DNA of 64,000 bases, taken from NCBI GenBank assembly GCA_016302935.1, contig JAEDMO010000001.1, forward strand, positions 141 through 64,140, read 5' to 3'. Positions 8,347 through 18,200 of the stretch are shown one piece after another. This DNA is from Bacilli bacterium. Its GTDB lineage: Bacteria > Bacillota_I > Bacilli_A > RF39 > UBA660. The notes beneath the pieces were generated by a model. It had not been told where the DNA came from and made no database searches. It saw only the letters and a list, made by a program, of their open reading frames with translations. Each line of letters starts with the position of its first letter. The first letter of the stretch is position 1. A program made the translations under genes and the position numbers.

Positions 8347-10875
8347 TTATTTTTTTGAAAAATTAGGTTGGACTACTTCACTTAAAAATATATCATGAAT
8401 AATTTTTGCTCTGTTTGGATATTTTTGGTTAAATTTTTCAAATCCATTACGTTCTATATAAGCTAGAGAATCAGCGTAATCTTCAATTAATAATCCACGT
8501 TTTTGAAAATGATCTTGCCCGTAACTATAGTTGCTTCCTTCTTTATGTGGTATCCAAGAATTGTCTGCATTTACAGCCTCCGGCCAATATTGACTACTTG
8601 ATATCCAATGTTGAGGGTCTGCGAGGTGACCCATTTCGTGTAACACTGATCCGTAATGAAATTTGTTATTAACTACCTCATTTGCATTATATAATACGAT
8701 GGTTTTCTCCTTTTGATAAGATGCTGCATATACATTGATTCTTTGCTCAAGCTTGCCAGTAATAACGACATTAATCAATCCTGTTTTATTGTATATTGCT
8801 GGGTATTTATTTTTTAAATATTCAAACACCGCCATTTGTTCTTTTAAAAATGTGTAATCAGCATCAACCATTGATTCGTCAATATAATACATAACACCAT
8901 GCCCATACTTATCAATATCAGAACTTTCATAATATGTGTAGTATTTATTTGTACTGGATGGATTTTCTATTTTAAACGTTGTTTCGTTTATAGTTACTTC
9001 ATTTATATTTGCTGCATTAAATCTTGATTCTACCATTAAATAAGTTAATGCTTTGTTGATATCTTCTGGCTCAACAGTTATGATAGTTTTATTGCCATAG
9101 TAATCACTATATTCAAATTCTACTGTTTTTTTGTTGTTAATGCAATTCTGAAAGAATTCAAGATATGATGGATTTTGACTAATTAATCTTTTTATTCTTT
9201 CTACATTAAACGACATACTATCTGAAGTTTTTGTTTCTTCTATATTATCATAGGTGCCGTACGGAAATGCAATAGTCTTGGCCTCACAATATTCTTCAAT
9301 AACTTTGTTAACTTCCATTTTGATAATTTTATCTTTTACTTTAATATATACTTCTTGGGCTCCTGTTAAAACTGCTGACCATAAGAAACCAATTATAAAG
9401 GCTTTCCCTGCTTCGTCATTTAATTTATCCATATCTATAGGTTCCCCTAATATGAACGCTGATGCACCGGCATTCATATATGTCTGCAAGGATTCTCCAA
9501 CTCCTGCTTTTAACATTTTACTTAATGTATGTGCACTATCGCTATTTAAATATGGAATATTTCCCAATAATCTTGTCACAGCATAATATGAAGCACCAAT
9601 AGCCAGTCCATAAACACTCGACTCTACTAGTCCATGTCCATTGATTAATGCTTGGTTTTTAGCGTTTCCTGCAGCACTTGCACCGCCTAATACTTGTGCA
9701 ACCGTAGCTCCTGCTGCTGGGGTTGCTACAGCACTCACCAATATAGATGCCGCAATTGTCGGCGTCATTCCTCCTATGGTGTTGCCTACATTATATCCCC
9801 CTTTTACCCAATTAGTATCTTTTATTGCTTCTAGTATATACATTTGAGCATATTGGTTTTGAGATATTATACCTTCTGTAGCAAACACATTAACTATTCC
9901 ATCAGCAAAATTATCTATGCCATCAATTACCCCCTTACCCGTACCTGTTAGTGTGGAAAGAGCATTTTCATTTATTTTTCCATCTGAATCTGTTATTAAT
10001 GAAAGAAAATTGTCTGCTTCTATTTTCCCAGCATTTCTGTTTAATCTATCTTGTATGTCTCTTATATAATTATCTGCTGCAAATGGGTTTTTGGTTTCAC
10101 ATAAATAGCAATACATATTTTTTTCTGATTCAGTCAGCGTTCCGCTTGGATATTTTCTTTCTAAATCAAAGGTATAGTGACTATCAAAATATGCAATTTT
10201 TTTATCATTTTCTCTTTTCTTTACCCATTCTTGAAATTCTTTGGTTTCCATAATTTCTAAATATGGTAGTTCCTTTTTTTGTTGAATTGCTAAATATCTT
10301 TGCATTTTTAATTCATTGCTTGATATATATAATTCATCCTTTTTTTTCAAATATTCTTCATATGTCATTCCTACAATCTCTTCATATTGAGCTTCAAAAT
10401 TTTTTTTATAACCTGCTTCTACTGCTTTGATTGTCTCATTTACCTCTGCTTCCCATTTAGTTTCATCAAATTCATAGTTTTCATCAAAACACTTATTTGG
10501 ATCTAATCGGGCAATTCTTTCGTATAAATATTCTTCTGGTGTCATATAGTAAGGATTTAAAGGTTCCGTTCTTACAAGGCCGTATTCTTCTCCATGTTTT
10601 AAAAAATTTTGATGTTTTTCTATTAAATCTTTATATTCATTATCAATTTGAGATATCGTTTTATCTAGCGTTTCTATATATTCATCTGCAAATAACATTT
10701 CATTTGCAACTGTATTTGAATTATTATTATAACTTTCATAATCTACTTCTATATTGTATTCATCTGGAATTGCTATGTCTTTAATTTTTGTTACATTTTG
10801 ACTGTTTATATTACTAGATGAGTCTTTTTTTAGATTAAATTTAGATGTATCTACATTAAAATTAAATTGAGACAT
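8347..10875 (-). CDS. Large protein with Gly/Ala-rich (glycine-zipper-like) hydrophobic core and C-terminal HExxH metallopeptidase-like motif; candidate secreted effector/toxin
   Basis: 842 aa. No signal peptide. Central ~150-aa Gly/Ala-rich stretch (GGMTPTIAASILVSAVATPAAGATVAQVLGGASAAG ... GLAIGASYYA ... IIGFLWSAVLTGA). C-terminal VLHEMGHLADPQHW motif. Own promoter-like element upstream. Confidence 0.5.
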   Translation of the reverse strand: MSQFNFNVDTSKFNLKKDSSSNINSQNVTKIKDIAIPDEYNIEVDYESYNNNSNTVANEMLFADEYIETLDKTISQIDNEYKDLIEKHQNFLKHGEEYGLVRTEPLNPYYMTPEEYLYERIARLDPNKCFDENYEFDETKWEAEVNETIKAVEAGYKKNFEAQYEEIVGMTYEEYLKKKDELYISSNELKMQRYLAIQQKKELPYLEIMETKEFQEWVKKRENDKKIAYFDSHYTFDLERKYPSGTLTESEKNMYCYLCETKNPFAADNYIRDIQDRLNRNAGKIEADNFLSLITDSDGKINENALSTLTGTGKGVIDGIDNFADGIVNVFATEGIISQNQYAQMYILEAIKDTNWVKGGYNVGNTIGGMTPTIAASILVSAVATPAAGATVAQVLGGASAAGNAKNQALINGHGLVESSVYGLAIGASYYAVTRLLGNIPYLNSDSAHTLSKMLKAGVGESLQTYMNAGASAFILGEPIDMDKLNDEAGKAFIIGFLWSAVLTGAQEVYIKVKDKIIKMEVNKVIEEYCEAKTIAFPYGTYDNIEETKTSDSMSFNVERIKRLISQNPSYLEFFQNCINNKKTVEFEYSDYYGNKTIITVEPEDINKALTYLMVESRFNAANINEVTINETTFKIENPSSTNKYYTYYESSDIDKYGHGVMYYIDESMVDADYTFLKEQMAVFEYLKNKYPAIYNKTGLINVVITGKLEQRINVYAASYQKEKTIVLYNANEVVNNKFHYGSVLHEMGHLADPQHWISSSQYWPEAVNADNSWIPHKEGSNYSYGQDHFQKRGLLIEDYADSLAYIERNGFEKFNQKYPNRAKIIHDIFLSEVVQPNFSKK

Positions 10876-10947
10876 GTTAATTTACACCTTCTTTCTTAAT
10901 TTGTTGTTAATCTTGAAAATTGTTAGTATTTTAAGGCTTTCCGACTT

Positions 10948-10976
10948 ATTTTATAAGTTCATTCTAAAACTTGCAA
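10948..10976 (-). promoter_or_regulatory. Sigma-A-like promoter for the 842-aa gene
   Basis: On the - strand: TTGCAA, 17-nt spacer, TAAAAT. Lies about 70 nt upstream of the ATG at 10875. Confidence 0.4.
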
Positions 10977-11586
10977 TTTAATATTGAAGTCTGCTGAAAA
11001 ATTCTTTTCTATATTTATTATGGTATTATAGATTTTTTTGCTGTAGAAATAATGTTGACTATAATCAATAGCACTCTTTTGTTCAATAATTATCGTAATT
11101 TGATGATAGTTCTGTATTTAATGTATAATCTAATTTTTTTTAATATTATATTCATCCACTACTATTAATTTTTCATTAACATTTTGTTTTTCTTTGTTTA
11201 ACTAATACCTCATTATTAATAGAAATGATACCAAGCATATATTATAACGCTTCTTCGAAAAGGCGATATTATTATATTCATTAAACCTTGTTTTAAATAA
11301 CTATTCCTATTTTCAAATTGCTGTCTTAACTGGGTATAAAAAATTGCAAATTATTAGATTTTCTAATCAGCTAAAAGAAAAGGATATTGATTCTATAATA
11401 GTTCGCGGTTTAACTAATAGACCTTCTAATAATTCACTTTCCACCAAAGAATTTGAATTTATTAAGAACTTTAAGAATAAATATCCAGTTATTAGTATAT
11501 CACAATTTCAAGATATTTATCATGAAGATGTTATTTGAAATCCAAAAATGAAAAATAATTTTTTAATTGTGCTTTTATTTTATATA

Positions 11587-13455
11587 TTATCTTTTAACTA
11601 GTGTTTTAACAATAGCATGGTTTATAGTACCACTGATAGTTTTTGTAGGTTCACCATACTTTTTGTCATACTTGACTATCCACTGTAGTAAGTCATCAAA
11701 TTTTTTATATTCTTCTTTTTGTTTTTGTCTTGTACTAGATGAATAGCCTCTAGTGGAACTTGAGCCTATTTCTAAGGTAACTATTTTTATATTTTTATTT
11801 ACTGGATTATAATATTCTTTATGTTTATCAATATCATTATATATTAATAATGGGTCTCCATTATAAGTTAAACGGCCATAAAAGTCACTGAAGATAAATC
11901 CTGATGCTACTTCTGTTGCATAATCTGATAGGCTTCCTTCTCCGCCTCCTCTTAATTCTTTTTCTTCGTTTATTTTGCTATATCCTATGTGTTTTCTAAT
12001 GGCATCTCTAAAATGAGCGGATTTACTGGTTTTGTTTTTCTCATCATATAATTTACCACCATATACTCCTTTTCCTGATTGGTGATAATCTATTAGGTAT
12101 GAAGCAGTAGGAATATATTTATTTAAAACTGCCATTACGGCTTGGGTTTCAGATTCACTTCCTAAATATGGCCCACAGTAGTGTGAATATGAAGGTTTTT
12201 CTTCATATCTTGAGTGGCTGTTGCCAAATTTATATTGCATCGCATTAGAGGTAGGAAAATTTCTTCCTATATCAACATAGTTGGCGTTGGCTTTTAGACT
12301 ATATTTTCCGTTTATTACCATTTCACGTCCATCTGGATTAACACAAGGAATTGCTACAAATTTATAATCGGTTAATATTTTTTTAGCATTTTCTTCTGTT
12401 TCTGCTTTTCTTACTAGGTCGCTTAATCCTTTTAATATATATGATGGTCCGGCGGTTTCTCTAGCGTGAACTCCTCCTGTTAAAATTATTGTTTTACTGC
12501 CAGTACCTACTTCTAGTAGATATATTTTTCTTCCTTGTTCACTATAGCCTGCGATATATGTTTTGACCATACTATGTCTGGTTAGATTTTCAACAAAGTT
12601 ATCAATATCTTTGTATGAATAATACTTGCTTATATCATAGTCAATATCTTCGTAAGTTCCACTTGATACTACTTCTTTAAATGTTTTATTTTTTGTACTT
12701 TGATATTCATTTGTAGGCATTCCCTTGGCTAAAAATTCACCTTCAGTCGTTTGTTCATTCATTTTTTCAATCGATTCAGCAGCGTAGGTTATATTTGATT
12801 CGTTGTTTAGAATTTGACTTATGGCATTTTTATACATTGAACTAACATTTTCTACTGTAATTGGTATGACATTCCAATTATATTTTAATTCATTATCTTC
12901 TATTTCAATAAATGGTAAGTTATTAATTTTGACTTTCGTAGCAGTTGTTTCACTCGATATCCCATTGTTTATTGCTTTTGTTTTGTTTTGAATATCAGTT
13001 AACCCTTCTATTTGCTGAGCTATATTAGCTCCTATTTGAATAATTATTGAATCCATGCTACAACCAGTTCCTGTAGCATTACTTTGAGCTTTTGATAATA
13101 TATCCAATGTTTCTTTTATTTTATTTATAGATTTTTGGCAATCATCACTGTTATATATTAAATACTTATTTTTATATGGTATATCATTTTGCTCTAAAAT
13201 TGTATCTAATTTGATAAAATAATTATTATTAATTTCTGTACAACTAAGTATAGTATCTTCTAAAGCGTTTACTTTTTTACGATCATTAGTAATATATTCT
13301 ATGAATGTTTTTATATTATCATCATTCCAATAACTTTCTACTTTTTCAGCGTTTATATATATCTGTTCTTGACCTTCTATGTATGAATTAATCTTACTTT
13401 TTAGGTTTTTATTTTCTTCTATTGAAGATTGTATATTTATACGAAAAGATATCAT
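11587..13455 (-). CDS. Candidate T7SS effector: N-terminal helical (LXG-like) region fused to an M14 zinc carboxypeptidase (gamma-D-Glu-DAP peptidase-like) domain
   Basis: 622 aa. No signal peptide. Residues ~300-600 carry the complete M14 site: GGVHARETAG (HxxE), CVNPDG, IDYHQSG (second His) and TLEIG (catalytic Glu). The start overlaps the upstream 100-aa gene by 4 nt (ATGA). Confidence 0.65.
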   Translation of the reverse strand: MISFRINIQSSIEENKNLKSKINSYIEGQEQIYINAEKVESYWNDDNIKTFIEYITNDRKKVNALEDTILSCTEINNNYFIKLDTILEQNDIPYKNKYLIYNSDDCQKSINKIKETLDILSKAQSNATGTGCSMDSIIIQIGANIAQQIEGLTDIQNKTKAINNGISSETTATKVKINNLPFIEIEDNELKYNWNVIPITVENVSSMYKNAISQILNNESNITYAAESIEKMNEQTTEGEFLAKGMPTNEYQSTKNKTFKEVVSSGTYEDIDYDISKYYSYKDIDNFVENLTRHSMVKTYIAGYSEQGRKIYLLEVGTGSKTIILTGGVHARETAGPSYILKGLSDLVRKAETEENAKKILTDYKFVAIPCVNPDGREMVINGKYSLKANANYVDIGRNFPTSNAMQYKFGNSHSRYEEKPSYSHYCGPYLGSESETQAVMAVLNKYIPTASYLIDYHQSGKGVYGGKLYDEKNKTSKSAHFRDAIRKHIGYSKINEEKELRGGGEGSLSDYATEVASGFIFSDFYGRLTYNGDPLLIYNDIDKHKEYYNPVNKNIKIVTLEIGSSSTRGYSSSTRQKQKEEYKKFDDLLQWIVKYDKKYGEPTKTISGTINHAIVKTLVKR

Positions 13456-13754
13456 AATATGCCTCCTGTACTGATAGAGTTATTGCTTTTTTCTAGTTCA
13501 GATAATTCGGTTAATCTAGCTATTTCTTGCTCTATTTGGGGCATAGCATTGCTAATGGCATTAATATCTGCTTCTATATTTTGTTTGATATTAGTTAGTT
13601 CTTTGTTCTTATATAACTCTCCGTTAATATTTAAGCCTATTTCATTTAATTTTTTTATGCTTTCAATATTACTTGCACATACTTGTAAACAACTCTGAAC
13701 TATTTGTAATTTGTCTATTAATTGTTTTAATTTGTTTATTTCTTCTTCCATCAA
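13452..13754 (-). CDS. Small helical protein, candidate effector-targeting/adaptor (Lap/DUF3958-like) factor
   Basis: 100 aa, predicted all-helical. Translationally coupled to the M14-domain gene. This position is typical of small partner proteins of LXG toxins. Confidence 0.45.
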   Translation of the reverse strand: MMEEEINKLKQLIDKLQIVQSCLQVCASNIESIKKLNEIGLNINGELYKNKELTNIKQNIEADINAISNAMPQIEQEIARLTELSELEKSNNSISTGGIL

Positions 13755-13802
13755 AAATCCTCCTGTTTTTAAACAAACGCTAATATTTTATTAGCATTTA
13801 TT

Positions 13803-13834
13803 TAAAAACAACAATATGTTATTGTTGTTTTTTT
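13803..13834 (-). terminator. Intrinsic terminator downstream of the 236-aa WXG-like gene
   Basis: aacaacaata/tattgttgtt hairpin flanked by A- and T-runs, immediately after the stop at 13836. Confidence 0.5.
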
Positions 13835-13835
13835 C

Positions 13836-14546
13836 TTAATGGTTACTTACACCGCTTCCTATATTTGTAGCAGCTTGTCCCATTTCACCTGATGCTGTAG
13901 TATCCGCTTCACTATAACCAGTATCTGTGTGTTGATCTACATATTCCATTAAGTCATCGATATCCGTATTTAACCTTTTTATTGTTTCTCCTACAGCTTC
14001 AATAAATTGATCAATACTTGCTGTTTGATTTCCAAAGAAAGCTTGGCAAGATTCATATTCACTGTATATGTTTTTAATGCCTGTTTCAATTTCAGTTTTA
14101 TATTCTGTTAAAGCTGTTTCTATTAATGCTCCACCGCCGGTTACAATCCCCAATTTTTCTCCAGCAAATTTATTTTCATTTAATTTAACAACACTCTTCA
14201 TATCAATCAAATTAATGGCGGGAGCAGTAAAATCATAATTTACGGTTGCTACTGAGGTATCGATTCTATTATTATTTTGAAATTCTTGCCATGCATTTGC
14301 TAAATTCACAATCGTTTGAATCATGTTAGTAACTAATCCTGTGGTCTTGTCATATAATGTGTTTATACGATCTGCGATTGTTTTTTCATATGCTTGTTCG
14401 TCGACCCCTTTCCAATTATTTTGCATTACTTTTGGAATGTTAGGCCACCCATGTGAAATTGTTTCTCCTACTTTTTCATAGCTGTTAGCTATATCTTGCA
14501 TTAGTTCTTGAATTTTCTCTGGTTGATAACCGATAAATCCATTCAT
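13836..14546 (-). CDS. WXG100-like domain protein with C-terminal extension (candidate T7SS substrate or LXG-associated adaptor)
   Basis: 236 aa. MQNNWKGVDEQAYEK carries a W-x-G motif at about residue 45 inside a helical N-terminal ~100 aa. Lies 15 bp downstream of the esxA-like gene. Confidence 0.5.
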   Translation of the reverse strand: MNGFIGYQPEKIQELMQDIANSYEKVGETISHGWPNIPKVMQNNWKGVDEQAYEKTIADRINTLYDKTTGLVTNMIQTIVNLANAWQEFQNNNRIDTSVATVNYDFTAPAINLIDMKSVVKLNENKFAGEKLGIVTGGGALIETALTEYKTEIETGIKNIYSEYESCQAFFGNQTASIDQFIEAVGETIKRLNTDIDDLMEYVDQHTDTGYSEADTTASGEMGQAATNIGSGVSNH

Positions 14547-14561
14547 TTTTTTCCTCCTTTT

Positions 14562-14873
14562 CTAAAATTGGTTTGAGTTTGCAGAATCTAAATTGGCTTT
14601 TACTGTATCATCTTGTTCTTTATAACTCTTCACAACTTCTTCAATAGTAATATAGTAGTTAATATTATTATTATCAATCATCTTGGTATATTTGAATTCA
14701 TTAGAAATTTTATTTGTTATGAATGACAAATCATTACCCTCATAACAACTCTCTAATACTTTGATTTGCTTATTTAATTCCATTTCTAAATCTTCTACTA
14801 ATATCTGTTGTCCTTCTATTTTTGTTTGGATTTCTTCCATACCTTCGTAATTTATTCCTCGAATACTTATCAC
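14562..14873 (-). CDS. WXG100 family (EsxA-like) protein, YxG variant
   Basis: 103 aa. A central ESCYEGNDLSF (Y-E-G) stands in for the W-x-G turn. Length and helical character are right, and it directly follows yukD/essC. It has its own consensus promoter. Confidence 0.55.
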   Translation of the reverse strand: MISIRGINYEGMEEIQTKIEGQQILVEDLEMELNKQIKVLESCYEGNDLSFITNKISNEFKYTKMIDNNNINYYITIEEVVKSYKEQDDTVKANLDSANSNQF

Positions 14874-14903
14874 CCTTTCTGCATACTCATTACCTTTATT
14901 GTA

Positions 14904-14932
14904 ATTTTATTACATTCATATTAATAAGTCAA
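14904..14932 (-). promoter_or_regulatory. Consensus sigma-A promoter for the esxA-like gene
   Basis: On the - strand: TTGACT, 17 nt, TAAAAT, about 30 nt upstream of the ATG at 14873. Confidence 0.5.
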
Positions 14933-14957
14933 GAAAATTGTGTATAATTTACATCAA

Positions 14958-15212
14958 TTAAATGAGAATTATCCTACTTCCATTAACTATTTCGGTATCT
15001 CTAATGATAACATCTGATTGATAGGTTTTCCCACTTGAAGTATCGATGATAATGTGGGTATTAATTGGATCAAATGATATATCTTGTAATTCGCTTATAG
15101 ATTTTGATAATAGAATAGTTAATTGACCTATTCTAATGTTAATAGGAATATATATATTATATTCTTCTTGTATTGTTGGCACATATACCTTTACTAATAT
15201 TTTATTCTTCAT
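14958..15212 (-). CDS. esaB: YukD/EsaB ubiquitin-like T7SS protein
   Basis: 84 aa. Sequence pattern resembles the YukD ubiquitin-fold family. Overlaps the essC stop by 11 nt. Confidence 0.65.
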   Translation of the reverse strand: MKNKILVKVYVPTIQEEYNIYIPINIRIGQLTILLSKSISELQDISFDPINTHIIIDTSSGKTYQSDVIIRDTEIVNGSRIILI

Positions 15213-18200
15213 CAGTATTTTCCTCCTCTTCGGTCACTAATTTTATTAATGTACCACTAGCATTTTTAATTATCCATGCATAATTGCTATCTATTTGTTC
15301 TTTATACTTCTTACTTACATCATTGATTTTAATATTAATTTGGTCAATAATACCATTACCTATCCATATTCCATTAGCATTATTAATTATTTCGTTATAC
15401 CAACTTTCAAAAGCAACTTTCTTTATTTTAAAACTTGAATCTATGTATATTATAGTTACATTTTTAATTAGCTTGATTTTGTTGATAAATTTGTTAAAGT
15501 CGTTTGTATTAATATTTAATTTAAACTTTTCTAGGCCGATTATCATTATTACTACTTCATATTGAGTGTTAACTATTTTTTGTTCGATAAAATTATCTAT
15601 ATTTTTTATGGTTTCATCAAAGTTTGTGGTGTAATAATTGTTGAAGTTGTTTTTAATACTATTTAAGGCTTCTTCAGCATCTAATGCTATGCTGATGGTA
15701 TTACCCGTTTTTTTAAACATATTAGTAATGTTTTTTGCTATACCGAGGCAATCTTCTATTTGATTAGATGCTATTAATGTTCCTTTATCTTTCTTGAAAT
15801 TATATGTATATATATTTAATTCTTCTTTATCAATGCCTAATGGTATGTTTTTGATAGTTATATTGTCACTGGTTACCATATTAGGAGTTATCTTTTCTGG
15901 CAATACTGGTATTTTAATGGCTTTATATGTGTTTGCTTCTGATAATTTTTTAGATAATGTAGTTATGAATTCTACTAATTTATTTTCTTCAGTTATTTTA
16001 GCTGTTTGGAACTCATATGCTAGATCTTTTTTAAATATACCTCGTCCAACAAAATCGCTAGGATAAACATTACCTATTTTGCCTAAAATGTTGATATAAT
16101 CATTTTTATCATTCATATCTAGTGCATAAACATTACCAAAATTTCTTGTTAAGCGGCTAAACATACCAGTAGTACTATTAGCGGTGATGACCATTAAAAT
16201 GCCATATCTTTTACCATCTCTGGATATTTTGGTTATTAATTCCTCATATTGACTATACGATTCTTTTAAAGCATCATAATTATTAATTACTACGACGTAT
16301 ATTGGCAATTTATTACCACTGTTTTGACAATATGTTTCATAATCTCCATTATAATCTACAAATAATTTTTTTCTTGATTGAATTTCATCTTCTATCATTG
16401 ATAACATTTTATTTATTTTTTCATTTTCGTTTGAAAAGCAAATGTCTCCTACATGAGGTAGTTTAGAGAATATTCTTAACGATTCCGAACCAAAGTCAAA
16501 TATATAGAAATTGATTTCTTCCGTTTTATATGAAGTACATGTTGAATATATTAATGCTTTTATAAACATTTCTCTGCCAACACCGGATAACCCATATACT
16601 AAAGTATTACCTTCAGTATCTAAATTTATCGCTACTAAATCTTGTCTTTGATTTGATGGGTCATCATATTCTCCTATAATAGCAGTTATTTTGTTTGTAG
16701 GTGTGAATTTATATTTTTTTATTAATTCATCAATATAGATATCTTTTGGGATATTATCTAGCCATAATCTTCTAGCAAATGTATTTTCTCTTGTAGCAAT
16801 GTTAGTTATATATTTGAGTATATTGGATAGTTCATCTCCTTGCGAGATTACCCTTTGTTTGCTGTTGTCCGCAATGTCTACTTGTTTGATGATATCTCCT
16901 GTATTATCAACAAACATTATTGAACGATCTATCTCTTGAGTAACCACATCCTTGGGTATGTATGGGCTTCCGCTGTAACCTGATTGACCCAAAACAAGCA
17001 TTTCGTTGTAACCAACCTGAAGATAGAAGCGACCAACGTTAGTTAATTCGGCTGCATTAGGACATTTTATCATTTCATTGCTGTCTGCTTTGTCTTGAAC
17101 TTTTAAACATACCCTAAATTTACTGTTACTCCAAATTTGATCATTAACTACACCACTTGGCTTTTGGGTTGCCAAAATCAAGTGCACTCCTAATGATCTA
17201 CCGATGCGGGCAGTACTAATTAAATTGTCCATAAATTCTGGCTGTTGCGATTTTAATTCTGCGAATTCATCACATATTATAAACAAATGAGGGATAGGAC
17301 TTTTTATTTTGTTTTCACGGTATAATTTTTGATATTTATATATATCCATGGTACTTTCACCTAATTCATCCCTTGCTTCATTAAAACTTTGTTGTCTTCT
17401 TTTTAATTCGCTATCGATACTAACTAGTGTACGATTTAATTCCGTTTTATCTAGATTAGTTATTGTTCCTGATAAATGAGGTAATTTTATATTATTTTTT
17501 TTGTTTTCAAAAGCCCCCGCTAAACCTCCTCCTTTATAATCAATTAAAATAAAAGATACTTCATTAGGACTATAATTGACTGCCATTGATAAGATATATG
17601 TGATAATAAACTCTGATTTGCCACTGCCAGTAGTACCAGCAATTAATCCATGTGGTCCATGCATTTTTTCATGCAAATCTAAATAAATAATATCATTAGT
17701 ATCATTCACGCCAATAGGTGCCCTTAAATACTTGGTAGGATTGTTAATCCGCCATCTGTTCATAGCATTTAGTTGCTCTATTTTACCTATTTTATACATA
17801 TCTAAAAAACTTAGAAAACTAGGTAAATTTCTTTTATCTAACTCAAACGCTATAGGGATGTTAGCCAGTATTTGAGCGCATTCTTGCATATCAAAATTGT
17901 TTCTTATTTCGTCTTGAAATGATTGCTGATAACTATTATTAATACTTGTTGATAAAACAGTTGATGAAGAACTTCCAATATTTATAAACGTTTCGCATTC
18001 GCTTGGCATTTTTCCAAGTCTACTTTCTTTAACAATAAAACTAAATCCATAATTGTTTTTTTCGGCTAATATTTTTTCTGTAATTCCTAATTTACGAATA
18101 TTCAGATAATCATCTGTTAAGATTAAATAATATGGTAAATAAGTATTAGATTCTTCGCCATCTTCGTTTTCTACATTGTCAGAAGAAGATTGGTTTTGTT

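Noticed and set aside
9254-10253. Several 68-110-aa + strand ORFs inside the 842-aa gene (9254-9586, 9641-9847, 9951-10253)
   Set aside because: They are antisense to a long, well-supported CDS. The Ala/Pro-rich translations arise from the complementary Gly/Ala-rich coding strand.
11344-11538. 64-aa + strand ORF in the 710-bp gap between the M14-effector gene and the 842-aa gene
   Set aside because: It starts at a TTG with no recognisable RBS and sits in AT-rich intergenic DNA convergent on the effector gene. It is most likely a chance ORF. I also checked the - strand of this gap for an immunity-type ORF and saw only reading frames of about 20 codons or fewer.
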